64,000 nt of DNA from assembly GCA_963822445.1 (NCBI GenBank), contig CAWGHO010000001.1:1-64000 (forward strand), in the 5' to 3' direction. This document shows positions 12,583 to 23,998 of the stretch, one piece after another (position 1 is the stretch's first letter; every line of letters begins with the position of its first letter). This stretch comes from an uncultured Acidobacteriota bacterium (GTDB lineage: Bacteria; Acidobacteriota; Thermoanaerobaculia; Gp7-AA8). The translations under genes and the position numbers were made by a program. Under the pieces are notes generated by a model, which saw only the letters and a list, made by a program, of their open reading frames with translations, did no database searches and had not been told where the DNA came from.

Positions 12583-13251
12583 ATGCCGCGAAGCTGTTCT
12601 CCCGCTCACTGCTCGTCGTCGCCGCGATGTTCGCGTACGCGCCGTTCATGATCGCCGAACGCGCCGTATCGAGTCGACGATGGGGCTGGTGCAGAAGATC
12701 TTCTATTTCCACGTGCCGTGCGTGGATCGCGATGTTCTCGGGCGCGTTCGTGTGCGGCAGCGCCAGCGCGCGCTATCTGTTGCGAAGGGCTCGCGCGAGG
12801 CCGACCACTACGCGGTGGCCGGCGCCGAGCTCGCGGTGGTGTTCGGGCTGATCGTGCTGATCACCGGCCCGCTGTGGGCGCGCAAGGCGTGGGGCGTGTG
12901 GTGGGAGTGGGACGTCAAGCTGACGCTGGCCCTGGTGGTGTGGCTGATCTTCGTCGCCTACCTGCTGCTGCGCCGCTACGGCGGGCCGGGATCGGAGAAG
13001 CTGGCGGCCGGGGTCGGGATGTTCGGCGTGGCCAACATGCCGTTCGTGTATTGGTCGGTCAACTGGTGGCGGACGCATGCATCCGAAGACCACGCGTGGT
13101 GCCGACGCTGCAGCCGGGCATGCGCGGGACGTTCTGGTTCTGCGTGCTCGGCGTTCATGGTGCTGATGGTGCTGATCGTCATGGCGCGCGTGCGAGCTCG
13201 AGCGGCAGCGCGCCCGGCTCGACGAGCTGTATCCTGAGTCTGGAGGATTGA
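12583..13251 (+). CDS. ccmC: Cytochrome c biogenesis protein CcmC
   Basis: QKIFYFHVP, TGPLWARKAWGVWWEWDVKLT (WWD domain), VNWWRT.H. Confidence 0.92.
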
Positions 13252-13252
13252 G

Positions 13253-13575
13253 ATGGACGCGGAGCGTTCCGGATGGCGGATCCTTCTGATCTGATGCTGC
13301 TGCGCTCGCCGGCCCGGCGCTGGCGACGACGGCGACGCGCGACAGCCGGCGCCCGCGGCGGCGCAGGACGAGTTCGTGCCGGTCGACCAGCTGCCGCCGC
13401 GAGGAGCAGCTGCCCGCGGCGCCGCTGCTGATCGCGCGCGTATGCGGTCGCCTGGGTGGCGTGGCCGGATATCTGTGGTCGATCTGGCGGCGGCTCGGCA
13501 CGGTCGAACGCGAGATGGACGCGATCATCGCCGGAGCGGCGACCGGGAGCGAGTCGCATGGACCTCGCAGATGAC
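13253..13575 (+). CDS. CcmD-like small membrane protein (poor sequence quality)
   Basis: QDEFVPVDQLP..EQLPAAPLLI..Y...W....YLWSIWRRLGTVEREM; position after ccmC. Confidence 0.5.
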
Positions 13576-13726
13576 CGTCGCGCGCACTTCATCTTCATTC
13601 CCGCGGTGCTGCTCGTCGGCATCGTCATCGGCTGGATTCTCGGCAGCGCGCGGCCGCGCAGGACGCCTACGGCGCCGAGCTCAGGCGGCGGGAGGAGCGC
13701 GCGGCGCGGACAAGGCAATCCAGTAG
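13558..13726 (+). CDS. Small single-TM protein
   Basis: AHFIFIPAVLLVGIVIGWILGS hydrophobic helix followed by a basic tail. Confidence 0.5.
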
Positions 13727-13902
13727 GTGCCCAGCATCGCTGATCCCTCGAGCTCCCGGATCGCGAGTCCTGAGCCACTCGGGATCGCGAAGGTCCGTGA
13801 TCCCTAACGGACTCTGATTCAGGATTGACGATGCAGGCTTCGCGACTCGCGCTCAGCGTTTCCCGAGAGCAAGTGCCTCGAGATGACCGGGCCTGAGGCG
13901 CT

Positions 13903-14649
13903 CTATCGCCCGATCGCCAGTCGATTCGCGAGACTCTGCGGCAGGCCCGCCGCCAAGATCCGCTGCTGCGCCTTGCTCGACGTGGTACTCGCACCCGGCG
14001 CAGCTCGATCGATCGCCGTCGGTGTCGTAGACCGCGAAGGCGGCGCGCGGGTCGCCGTCGCGCGGCTGGCCGACCGAGCCGGGGTTGATCAGATAACGCG
14101 CGTCTGGCGATCAAGGTGACCGTCAGCGGCTCGACGTCCGGAATGTCCGCCGGTCAGCGGTGACGCCGTTCAGGTGAAGATCGACCGGCAGGTGGGTGTG
14201 CCCGAACAGGCAGACCGGCCGGGTCGCGCGTCTGCAGCGCGCGGCTGCGCATCGATGGCGTCGAAGATGTAGTGATCTTCGTCGAACGGCGCGCCGTGGC
14301 AGATTTCGAGCTAGCTCGTCGATTTCGGTCGGCCCCTGCGGCAGCTGCCGCAGGTATTCGCGATAGTCCGGCGCCGAGCTGCTGGCAGGTCCACGCGGCC
14401 GCGAATCGCGCCACGTGATTGAAATTCGCTGCCGTCGTCGAGGCCGCAGGCCGCTTTGTCGTGATTGCCGCGGATGACCGCCATCGGGTCGAGCGCCGCG
14501 GACGCGGTCGATGACGGCGTTCGGCTCGCCGCCGTAGCCGACCAGGTCGCCGAGCACGAGCGCACGGTCCCAGTGGCCGGCGCGGCGTCGAGCACCGCCT
14601 CGAGGGCGTCGATGTTGGCGTGGATGTCGGAGAGAATCAGATACCGCAC
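13903..14649 (-). CDS. Metallophosphoesterase family protein
   Basis: [43 protein letters not shown]. Confidence 0.92.
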
Positions 14650-14664
14650 GATCGCTCGACTCGG

Positions 14665-15171
14665 GCTCACATCCGATGCGATGCGGTCGAAGATCTGCTC
14701 GGCGATCGCCTCGGCCGGCGCGGCGCCCGCGTCGATCCGCAGGTGCGCCTGCGCATAGGCGGCCTGCCGGACGGCGAACAGCCGCTCCATCTGGGCGCGG
14801 TCGGCGGCAAGCGGACGCCGGCCGTCGGCGGGCACCCGCGCGATCAACAGGTCGAACGGCACGTCCAGCCAGACCGAAACCCCGTCGAGATTGATCGCGG
14901 CACGGTTCTCCGCATCCATGAACGTTCCGCCGCCGGTGGCGACGACCGCGTGGCGCAGCGGCAGCAGCAGCTTCAGGATCTCGCGCTCGACGCCGCGGAA
15001 GTAGGGCTCGCCCTGGCGCGCGAAGATTTCGGCGATCGTCCGCCGCTCGCGCGCTTCGATCAGCTCGTCGACGTCCTCGGCGCGCCAGCCGAGACGGGCG
15101 GCGACGGCGCGCGCGACCGTGCTCTTGCCGGCCGCCATGAACCCGACCAGGTAGATCTTATCGATCGTCAC
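14665..15171 (-). CDS. aroK: Shikimate kinase
   Basis: IYLVGFMAAGKSTV, IFARQGEPYFRGVE, VVATGGG, RRPL. Confidence 0.95.
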
Positions 15172-16483
15172 CGGGCGTCGTGAGCCGCTCGAGCTCCAGG
15201 AAGAACCCCGGATACGAGACGTCGACCGCGCCTGCGCCGGCAATGGTCGTGGGCGCGGACGCGCCGCAGGCGGCGATGGCGAAGGCCATCGCGAGGCGGT
15301 GGTCGTTGGCCGCGTCCACGGTGACGTCGCCGTGCAGCGGCCTGGCGTCGATCCGGAAGCCGTCGGGGTACTCGGTGATGTCGGCGCCCATCGCGCGGAA
15401 TCCGCGGGCGAGCGCGCTGATCCGGTCGCTCTCTTTCACCCGGAGCTCGGCGGCGCCGCGGACCTCCATCGTCGAGCCCTCCGGCAGCAGGGCGCCGAGC
15501 GCCCCGAGGGCCGGCAGCTCGTCGATCAGCCGCCGGCACTTCGTCGGGTGCAATCGCGAAGCTGCGGGGGGTGGCGGCAGGCGATCGTCACGCGGCCGAT
15601 CGGCTCGTTTGCGTCTTCGTGCTCGACCGTCAGCTCGACCGTGCGCGCCGGCCCGGCGCAGGATGTCCAGAAGGCCGGTGCGTGACGGATTGAGGCCGAC
15701 GCCCTCGATGTGGATGACGCTGCCCGGGCGTGGCCGCGGCCAGGGCGCCCCAGAAGGCGGCGCCTGAGATGTCTCCCGGGACCTTCACGGTCCGGCCGGG
15801 CAGGCGTCTGTCCGCCCGTCGACGCTGACCTGAGGGCCGTCGCGGTCCACGGCGACGCCGAACGCCGACAGGGCCCGCTCCGTATGATCCCGTGTGGCCG
15901 CGGGTTCGATCGACGACCGTCCGGCCGCTCGCGTGGAGGCCGGCCAGGAGCACGCTGCTCTTCACCTGTGCGCTCGGCACGTCCGGCCGGTAGGTGATGC
16001 CGCGCAGCGGCGCGCCGTCGATGGTGAGGGGGGCCGGCCGTCGGCCGACTGGATGGTCGCCCCCATCTCGGTCAGCGGCGCCATGACGCGGCGCATCGGG
16101 CGGCGGCTGAGCGAGGCGTCGCCGACGATGACCGTACGAAATGGATGCGCGGCGAGCGAGGCCGGCCAGCAGCCGCATCGTGGTGCCGGAGTTGGCCGCG
16201 TCCACCGGCTCCGGCGCGCGCAAAGGCCATGCAGGCCGCGCCCGGTGATTTCGACGGTGCCCCCCGCCGAGACGATGGGGACGCCGAGCGCCCGCAGGCA
16301 GGCCAAGGTGGCGGCACAGTCGGCGCCGGACGAGTAGCCGGCGATCCGGGTGGTGCCGGTGGCGATCGCGCCGAGCAGGGCGTAACGGTGTGAGATGGAT
16401 TTGTCGCCGGGGACCTGCACGCGGCCGGACGCCCGCTGCGCGGGGCGGACCAGCGCGGCATCGACGGACGCGCGGAGCATCAT
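15168..16483 (-). CDS. aroA: EPSP synthase
   Basis: PGDKSISHR, NSGTTMRL, RRPMRRV, SAQVKS, PGDISGAAF, IDELP, ELRVKESDRI, DHRLAMAF. Confidence 0.96.
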
Positions 16484-16610
16484 GGCACTATAGCATTCGC
16501 CATCTTGAACGGATCCGGTTTAGTATGTTATTCACTCGCGTGCGTTTCGAGCCCGCCCTCACACTCTTGCCGGCGTTCCGCACCCCCAGCGCCGGGTTCG
16601 AATTGCCTGC

Positions 16611-17057
16611 ATGCTGACGCGCGGCGGGACCGTCCGACTCCAGATCCACAGTCAATTTCGAGCTGGTGGACTTCGTCCAGGTGGTCAGCGACCGCATGGG
16701 CCAGATGGCCGGCCTCGACGAGGACGCGGTCCACTGGATCGGCGTCGCGGTCCGCGAGTCGGTCATCAACGCCATCAAGCACGGCAACCGCGAGGACTAC
16801 GGCAAGACTCGTCACCGTCGAGTTCGCGATGGCGCCGTCGACCGAGCCCGAACGAGCTGGTGGTGCGGGTCCTCGATCAGGGCGAAGGCTTCGACCCCGA
16901 AGAAGTCGCCGATCCCCTTGCCCCGGAAAACATCCTCAAGTCGAGCGGCCGCGGCATCTTTTTCATGCGCAACTTCATGGACGACGTGACCCTCAAGCGC
17001 GGAGCCGAGGGGGGCATGGAAGTGCGCATGGTCAAGAAGCTGGCGGCCGGTGGCTGA
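16611..17057 (+). CDS. Anti-sigma factor / Ser kinase, RsbW-like (HATPase_c_2)
   Basis: VAVRESVINAIKHGN, VLDQGEGFD, SSGRGIFFMRNFMD. Confidence 0.9.
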   Translation: MLTRGGTVRLQIHSQFRAGGLRPGGQRPHGPDGRPRRGRGPLDRRRGPRVGHQRHQARQPRGLRQDSSPSSSRWRRRPSPNELVVRVLDQGEGFDPEEVADPLAPENILKSSGRGIFFMRNFMDDVTLKRGAEGGMEVRMVKKLAAGG

Positions 17058-17888
17058 TCCGCTGCCGCCCCTCTATCTCGCCACCGCGATCGAGGCGGTC
17101 ATCCGCGCCGGCGCAGGTGCAGCTGCCGGCTTCGGCACCGACATGCGGGTCGACAAGAAGGGCGCCATCGACCTGGTCACCGAGATCGATCTCGCGAGAT
17201 CGAGCGCGAGTTCCGCGAGATGATTGCCGGGCGCTTTCCCGATCACGTCGTGCTCGGCGAGGAGTTCGAGTTCCAGCGGCGATCGCGACGCCACGCCGCC
17301 GTTCTGCTGGGTGTTCGACCCGATCGACGGCACCACCAACTACGCGCACGGGCTGCCGATCTTCTGTTCGTCGCTGGCGCTCGAGATCGACGGCGCAGAT
17401 CGCGGTCGGCGCCATCTACGATCCGACGCGGCGCGAGCTCTTCACGGCCGAGCGCGGCCACGGCGCGTGGCTGAACGGCCAGCCCGCTGCGCGGTGTCGT
17501 CGGCCGAGCGACGTTGATCGACTCGCTGCTCGTCACCGGCTTCCATTACGGTATTCAGCGTGATCCGGAAGAGCTGGTCAGCCTGTTCCGGGAGTTCATC
17601 AAGCGCTCGCGGGCGGTCAGGCGGCTGGGTTCCGCGGCGCTCGACCTGTGCTACGTCGCGGCCGGCCGGTTCGACGGCTACTGGGAATCGAAGATCCAGC
17701 CCTGGGACGTGGCGGCCGGCGCGCTGATCGTCGAAGAGGCCGGCGGCCGGGTCAGCACGATCAGCGGCGACCTGTTCCGCTCGCGCGCCGGCAGCGTGAT
17801 CGCCACCAACGGCCGGATCCACGACCTCATGCTGGACGTCATCAACGGCTTCAGTGATGGGCGGCGTGCTCCAAACAGGACGCACTGA
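17050..17888 (+). CDS. suhB: Inositol monophosphatase family protein
   Basis: DLVTEID, WVFDPIDGTTNYAHG, RRLGSAALDLCYVAAGRFDGYWE, PWDVAAG. Confidence 0.93.
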
Positions 17889-17951
17889 CACCCCGGTAAG
17901 ACACACTTTCATCACAATTCCAGCTATTCCGACGCTTTTTCGCGCGCTGGC

Positions 17952-17967
17952 TGGCATTGTTCATGCT
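17952..17967 (+). promoter_or_regulatory. Putative sigma-54 (-24/-12) promoter of the beta-barrel gene
   Basis: TGGCATTGTTCATGCT has exact GG-N10-GC spacing, about 60 nt upstream of the ATG at 18026. Confidence 0.5.
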
Positions 17968-18025
17968 CGACTCGTCTGCACTAGCCGGCCGGCACCGCGC
18001 CGTCGCGGCGATACGGAGATTGGTC

Positions 18026-18751
18026 ATGATGAAACCTATGAGAGTCGTTCATGGCGCATCCGCGCTGGCGATCGTGCTGCTGGCGAGCGCGGTCGATGCC
18101 CAGGCCCAGATCAGGCGCGTCGAACCGAGCAATTCGGTCGGCTTCAACGTCGGGGACTTCGCCGTGCGTGCCGAGGACGCGCGTGACGTCGACGACGTGC
18201 TGCTCGCGGATCTGTCGTCGCTCGCTGTTCGACATCGACGACTTCAACGGCGCGAGCTTCGGTGGCGAGTTCCTCTTCGGGCTCGGCGATACCTGGAAGG
18301 AGGCGTCGGCGTGAACTACTACCAGCGGACGGTGCCCAGCATCTACCGCGACGTCGTCGCCGACGATGGTTTCGAGATCGCCCAGGAATTGAAGCTGCGC
18401 GTCATCCCGATCAGTGCGACCGTCCGCTTCCTGCCGATCGGCCGTGGCGGTGTGGAACCCTACGTCGGGGCCGGCATCGGCATCTTCCCATGGCGCTATT
18501 CGGAGGTCGGCGAGTTCGTCGACTTCAGCGACGACTCTATTTTCCGTGATCGGTATGTCGCGGATGGCACGGCAGTCGGTCCCGTCGTGCTCGGCGGGAT
18601 TCGCTTCCCGGTTGCCGACATCTGGACGATCGGCGGAGAAATCCGCTGGCAGAAGGCGGTTGGGAACGACCTGCTCGGGTCAGGTCTGCTCGCCGACAAA
18701 ATCGATCTCGGCGGCTGGACGACCAGCTTCACTTTCAATCTCCGCTTCTAA
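18026..18751 (+). CDS. Outer membrane beta-barrel protein (8-strand-like)
   Basis: Signal peptide (AxA), amphipathic strands, EPYVGAGIG, C-terminal FTFNLRF with terminal Phe. Confidence 0.8.
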   Translation: MMKPMRVVHGASALAIVLLASAVDAQAQIRRVEPSNSVGFNVGDFAVRAEDARDVDDVLLADLSSLAVRHRRLQRRELRWRVPLRARRYLEGGVGVNYYQRTVPSIYRDVVADDGFEIAQELKLRVIPISATVRFLPIGRGGVEPYVGAGIGIFPWRYSEVGEFVDFSDDSIFRDRYVADGTAVGPVVLGGIRFPVADIWTIGGEIRWQKAVGNDLLGSGLLADKIDLGGWTTSFTFNLRF

Positions 18752-18763
18752 CGCGCAACCGGT

Positions 18764-18796
18764 CGAGCCGAGGGAGGCGGGGCCTCCTTCGGCTCG
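18764..18796 (+). terminator. Stem-loop after the beta-barrel gene
   Basis: cgagccgagggaggc-ggg-gcctccttcggctcg near-perfect hairpin; no clear U tract. Confidence 0.5.
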
Positions 18797-18851
18797 AATC
18801 TCTCATCGCGTCCGGTGCGGCTTGGTAGAATGCTCGACCAACCGCCGGGTG

Positions 18852-19947
18852 ATGCGCCGCTTCCTCAAACGCCTCCAGGGTCGTCTGTCCCTCGCGCTTG
18901 CGAGTGATACAGCCTTCATCGAAACCGCCTTCCGCGAAATCCTCGGCCGCAATCCCGATCTCGATGGCCTCAATCACTATCGACGCGTGCTCCGCGAGGG
19001 CATGGGCCGCACGGCCGTGCTCCTTGACATCATGCGCTCCGAGGAATTCACATCGCGGCTGACCCCGCAGGTCAGCGCGCTGCCGGACCTGCGCGGGATG
19101 CGGCCCGATCGGTATCGTGAGACGCGCGATCGCACGAATGGCCAGGTCATCCCGGTGTTCGATGCCGCGTCCCCCGCCGATTTCGACTGGCTCGAGAGCG
19201 CGATTATCACGCACGGTACGACGAAAAGCCCGGCGTGTGGGTGCTCGGCGTCGACGCGGACAAGCGGATCGTAGCGGAGATCGTGGCGTCGTTCGGCCCG
19301 CGCCGGGCGTTGGAGCTGGGATGCGCGGCTGGCGCCGTGCTCGAGTGCCTCGAGGGCCGGGCATTCTCGCGGAAGGCATCGAGATCAGCTCGATGGCGCG
19401 GGAGAAGGCGCCGGCACATCTGCGCGGCCGCATTCATCAAGGCGATCTGCTCGACCTCAATCTCCCCGGCGGCTATGACCTCGTCTTCGGCCTCGACGTG
19501 TTCGAGCACCTGAACCCCAACCGCCTCGACGGCTACGTCGCACGCCTCGCCCTGCTCTCGTCCGACGACGCCTTTCTGTTCTGCAACATTCCGGTGTTCG
19601 GCGACGATCCGGTGATCGTACAGTGTTTCCGCTCTACGTCGACGGCTGGGAGCGCGATGCGCTCGAGGGGTGCCCGTTTTCCGCCATTCATGTCGACGAC
19701 CGCGGCTATCCGATCCACGGACATCTCACCTGGGCGGACGCGCGATGGTGGGTCGCGCGCTCCAAGCGACGGGTTCCGGCGCGATGAGGACATCGAGCGG
19801 GCGCTTCACGCGAAGGACGACGGCTACATGGAGAAGCGTTCGCCCGCCCGCCGTTCGTTCTTCGTGTTCGCAAAAGGCGCGTGCCGCGGCAGGCGTCAGG
19901 CGATTCTGGGCAGGATCGCGAACGAGCCGTCGACGGCGATTGCCTGA
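18852..19947 (+). CDS. Class I SAM methyltransferase with N-terminal DUF4214-like domain
   Basis: AFIETAFREILGRNPDLDGL...SEEF (DUF4214-like); ALELGCAAG, YDLVFGLDVFEHL. Confidence 0.75.
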
Positions 19948-19986
19948 GGGCTCCGCGCTGCCTTCAGGCAGCACGGCATACTTCCC

Positions 19987-21470
19987 TCAACGGGCGCGAT
20001 AGAGTGCGACGCCGCCTCCCTCGGCCACGCGGTCGAAGCCATCGAGGAACTTCGGGTCACGCGCCGCCGCCTGATGGAGCGCGTCGCCGCCTTCGGCCCG
20101 TTCCTCGATTACGACCCACGTGACGAATCCGCGGGTCCCCGCGTCGCCGCGTGAACCCAGAGCTGCTCGTTGCCTTCCTGCAGAAAGTCGCGAATATCGA
20201 TGTTCAGCCGCGAAAGGTCGTGCATGTAGTGGGCGAGGGAGCCCATGCTGATCATGATTCGTGGTGCGATCCCAGTGCTGGCGCAGATACTCGGTCACGG
20301 CTTCTCGCTCGCTCATGTTCGCGGCGTCGCGCTGCGACTCGGCCACGAGCGGCGCCTGAAGGTTCAGCGGCGCGGATTGCGACAGCGCCCACCAGACAAT
20401 CAGCGCCGCGGCCACCGGCCGCAGCGGCGCCCACAGGAGCCCGACGCCGACGCCGGTCGTGGCCGCGCAGGCGAGGATGAGCGGAAGACCATATTGCACC
20501 CGCAAGGGGTGACCGTTGTAGGACGCGGACCACGGAAGGGCCGCGGCAGCCGCCAGCGACAGGATGAGAAGAAGCGGAGCCCGCGTCCGTGTTCTCAGAA
20601 ACTCGAGAGCCAGCAGCACCGCGAAGGCATACGCGGGCCAGACCCAGGCCGTGCCCGAGAGCTGATACAGACTTTCCCGGACCTGCTCGAACGCGAGTGA
20701 CGCGTTGCCGAGGGCCTTGTTTCGGGGACGAAGAACCCTGAAGGGTACGAACCACGTGCCTGTCGTCCACCGGCTGTTCAGCGTGAACAGGATCAGGGCG
20801 ATGGCGGGGTAGAGGGGCGAGCCCTCGCACAGGCCAGGACGACTCGAGTCAGGCGCGGTCCCCCGGCGCAGCAGGGCGATGGCCGCCAGCCCGATCAGCG
20901 CGCCACAGATCGCGATCGCCTCGTACCGGGTCATGCACGCGGCGGCGATGGCTCCATCCGGCGGCCCGCGGCCATGAACCGGCGCGTCGTCGGCCACCCA
21001 CTCCGCCGTCAGCGCAACGGCCAGCATGCGACGTGGCGAACAGCAGCGGCTCGGTCATCGGCGTGCTCTGCAGGTAGAGCACGTTCGGGTTGGCGACGAT
21101 CAGCGTCGCGCCCGTCACGGCCGCCGATCCGCGATCCGGTGAATCCGACGATCGAGCCGGGCCAGCGCCCAGGGTCACCGCCATCCGTGCGCAGACCGAA
21201 ATGCGCGATCGCCGACGCCCCGATTCGTACCAACTGTCGACTTGGACGGGAAGCACGTTGAGCAGGTGCGGCAGCGGCAGCCACACCGCGCCGATCTGCT
21301 GCCAGCCCGGCGTGAGACTGTCGAGGACGCGCCGCGCGACGACGAGGTGCGCGCGCGCGTCGTAGTGGCCGAGCGTCAGACCAAGCTGGCGTAGTGCATC
21401 GCGACGCAGCGCGCCGTGATACCGAGGAGAGCCGACGAGCGGCGAGCCAGTGCGGCAAACGCGGACCACG
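19987..21470 (-). CDS. Polytopic membrane protein, GT-C / PMT-like glycosyltransferase
   Basis: HYDARAHLVVARRVLD, VWLPLPHLL, NPNVLYLQSTPMTEPL, TRYE and many TM helices; start approximate. Confidence 0.65.
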
Positions 21471-21529
21471 GTCGCTCGCGAGACGGCTGCGGACGCGCGT
21501 CGTGACCAGGACGCTTCTAGTCTACACTC

Positions 21530-22182
21530 ATGAGGATGCAGCGTCTCGCTGTCTGGGTCCAGGGGTTCGCGGACTCGCTGGGCGGGCCGGGTCTCTTCCT
21601 CATCGCGTTTCTCGACTCGTCCTTTCTCTCGTTTCCCGAAGTCTGCGATCTCCTCGTGGTCTGCTGACGGTCCGCGCATCCGAGCGCGGATGTCTCTACG
21701 CGCTCACTGGCGACCCTCGGGTCGATCGCCGGCTGTCTCGCGCTGTATTAGCGTCGGCGCGGAAGGGAGGCGAAGCTTTCTCCGGAAGCGATTCAACGAG
21801 CGCCACGTCGACGGGCGATGACGCACGTTCCGCAGCTACGGCCTGCTCGCCGTGCTCGTCCCCTCGCTGCTGCCGCCGCCGGCGCCGTTCAAGATTTTCG
21901 TGCTGCTGGCCGGCGTGGCGCGCATGCGCCCGATCGAGTTCATCGTGGCCGTCGCCATCGGCCGCGGGCGTCCGCTACTTCGGCGAAGGCGCTGCTGGCG
22001 CTCTGGTACGGCGACGCGGCGCTGCGCCTTCCTCGAGCGAGAACGCGCCGCACGGTCGTGGCCTGGCGGTGATTGCTCGTGCTCGCAGGGTCGGCATGCA
22101 TGGGCGCGGTCGGCAGGGCGACGGTCCTGGCAGCGCCGAGCGCCCGGACATGATTCACAGCCGGCACGAAGCCACTGTATAA
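21530..22182 (+). CDS. VTT/DedA (YqaA-like) membrane protein
   Basis: LGGPGLFLIAFLDSSFLSFPE, LLPPPAPFKIFVLLAGV, IGRG.RY. Confidence 0.8.
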
Positions 22183-22205
22183 TCAAGCGTTTACGATACA
22201 CGCCG

Positions 22206-23217
22206 ATGAACCCGAGATTTCGGTCGTCGTCCCGATCCGCAACGAGGCGCCCAACGTCGCGGCAGCTCTACCGCGAGCTGACGGCGGCGCTCGACGCGTT
22301 CGGCCGCCCTACGAGATCATCGTCGATCGACGACGGCAGCACGGACGAGACGTTCGAGCTGCTGGCGGAGCTGCAGGCGCAGGATCCCGCGGCTCCGCGT
22401 GATCCGGTTCCGCCGCAACTTCGGCCAGACCGCGGCGTTCGCCGCCGGCTTCGCGCACGCGCGCGGCCGCTTCATCGTGACCTCCGACGGCGACCTCCAG
22501 AACGATCCGGCGCGACATCCCGCGCCATGATCGAGACTGCTCGAGCGCGGACGCTCGACATCGTCTGCGGCTGGCGCAAGGACCGGAAGGACGCGTTCAT
22601 CAGCCGCCGGCTGCCGTCGATGATCGCCAACTGGATCATCTCGTGCGCGACCGGCGTGCAGCTGCACGACTACGGCTGCTCGCTGAAGGTGTTCCGCGCC
22701 GAAGTCGTGAAGCCGATGAAGCTGTACGGCGAGATGCACCGGTTCCTGCCGGCGATCGCCAGCGAGCAGGGCGTCGACGATCGTCGAGCAGGTCGTGAAC
22801 CACCGCGCGCGCGATGCACGGCACGTCGAAGTACGGCATCTCGCGCACCATCCGCGTGGTCCTCGATCTGCTGACGGTGAAGTTCCTGCTGAGCTATTCG
22901 ACGCGGCCGCTGCAGATATTCGGCCTGCTCGGCTTCGCGATGGGCGGCCTCGGGGCGGTCGATCTGCGCGCTGGCTGGCGCTATCGGCGCCTCTTCGGCG
23001 ACAGGCGATCGGCGACCGGCCGCTGCTGCTGTTCGGCATCCTGCTGATCTTCACCGGCGTGCAGCTCGTCACGCTCGGCCTGCTGGCGGAGATGCAGGCG
23101 CGCACGTACCACGAGTCGCAGGACAAGCCGACCTACGTGATCCGCGAGATTCGTCACGGCGCGTCGCGCGAGCTGGCGAAAGACGAGCAACGTGTCAGCG
23201 TCAAGCGATTCGTCTGA
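22206..23217 (+). CDS. GT2 polyprenyl-phosphate glycosyltransferase (ArnC-like)
   Basis: SVVVP..NE, DDGSTD, RNFGQTAA, DGDLQND, LHDYGCSLK, LYGEMHRFLP, two C-terminal TMs. Confidence 0.9.
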
Positions 23218-23993
23218 TCAAGCGTCGGCCGCGGCAGGCCGACCCGTCGATCACGGATATCCAGAAGGAGTTCGGCGCCAACCGATCGCGGCGGCAGCGC
23301 TACGCGGACCTCGTGATCGGCCTCGACGGCTGGTGGCCGCTCGTGCGCTATGAAGCCATCGTGCTGTTTTGCAGCTGGGTGCCGGGCGCGCTCGGGCTGT
23401 TCCTCCGCGCCAAAGCTCTATCCGATGATCCTCGGACGCGTCGGCTCCAACGTGGCGATCGGCATGAACGTCGTGCTGCGGCACCCGCACAAGATCGTCG
23501 TCGGCAACAACGTGGTGATCGATGACAACTGCTGTCTCGACGCGAAGGGCACGACGAACCGCGGCATCACTCTTGGCAACGGTGTGTTTCTCGGGCGAAA
23601 CACGATCCTCAGCTGCAAAAATGGCGACATCACGCTCGAGGAGGACGCGAACGTCGGGTTCAATGTCGAGATCTTCTCGGCGGCGTCGGTGCGGGTCGGG
23701 CGCGAAGCGCTGATCGCGGCCTACACGTATCTGGTCGGCGGCGATCATCTCTTCGATCGGGTCGATGTTCCGGTGCTGCAATCAGGGCCGGACCGCGAAA
23801 GGCATCGACGTTGGGGAGAACGTCTGGCTCGGCGCTCACGTCGTCGTGGCGGACGGCGCGTCGCATCGGGCGCGACGCGATCGTGGGCGCCGGAGCGGTC
23901 GTGACCGGTGATGTGGCGGACTTTCAGATTGCGGCGGGCGTGCCGGCGCGGGTCGTCCGCGATCGGCGCGGCGGCGCGGCGACGGCGGGCTGA
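23192..23993 (+). CDS. Hexapeptide-repeat acyltransferase
   Basis: VGNNVVIDDNC, LGNGVFLGRN, IGRDAIVGAGAVVT, GVPARV (left-handed beta-helix). Confidence 0.88.
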
Positions 23994-23998
23994 ACGGT

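Noticed and set aside
13727-13902. Possible ncRNA between the ccm operon and the phosphoesterase
   Set aside because: Only degenerate gatccc/gggatc words in a low-quality stretch, with no supportable structure
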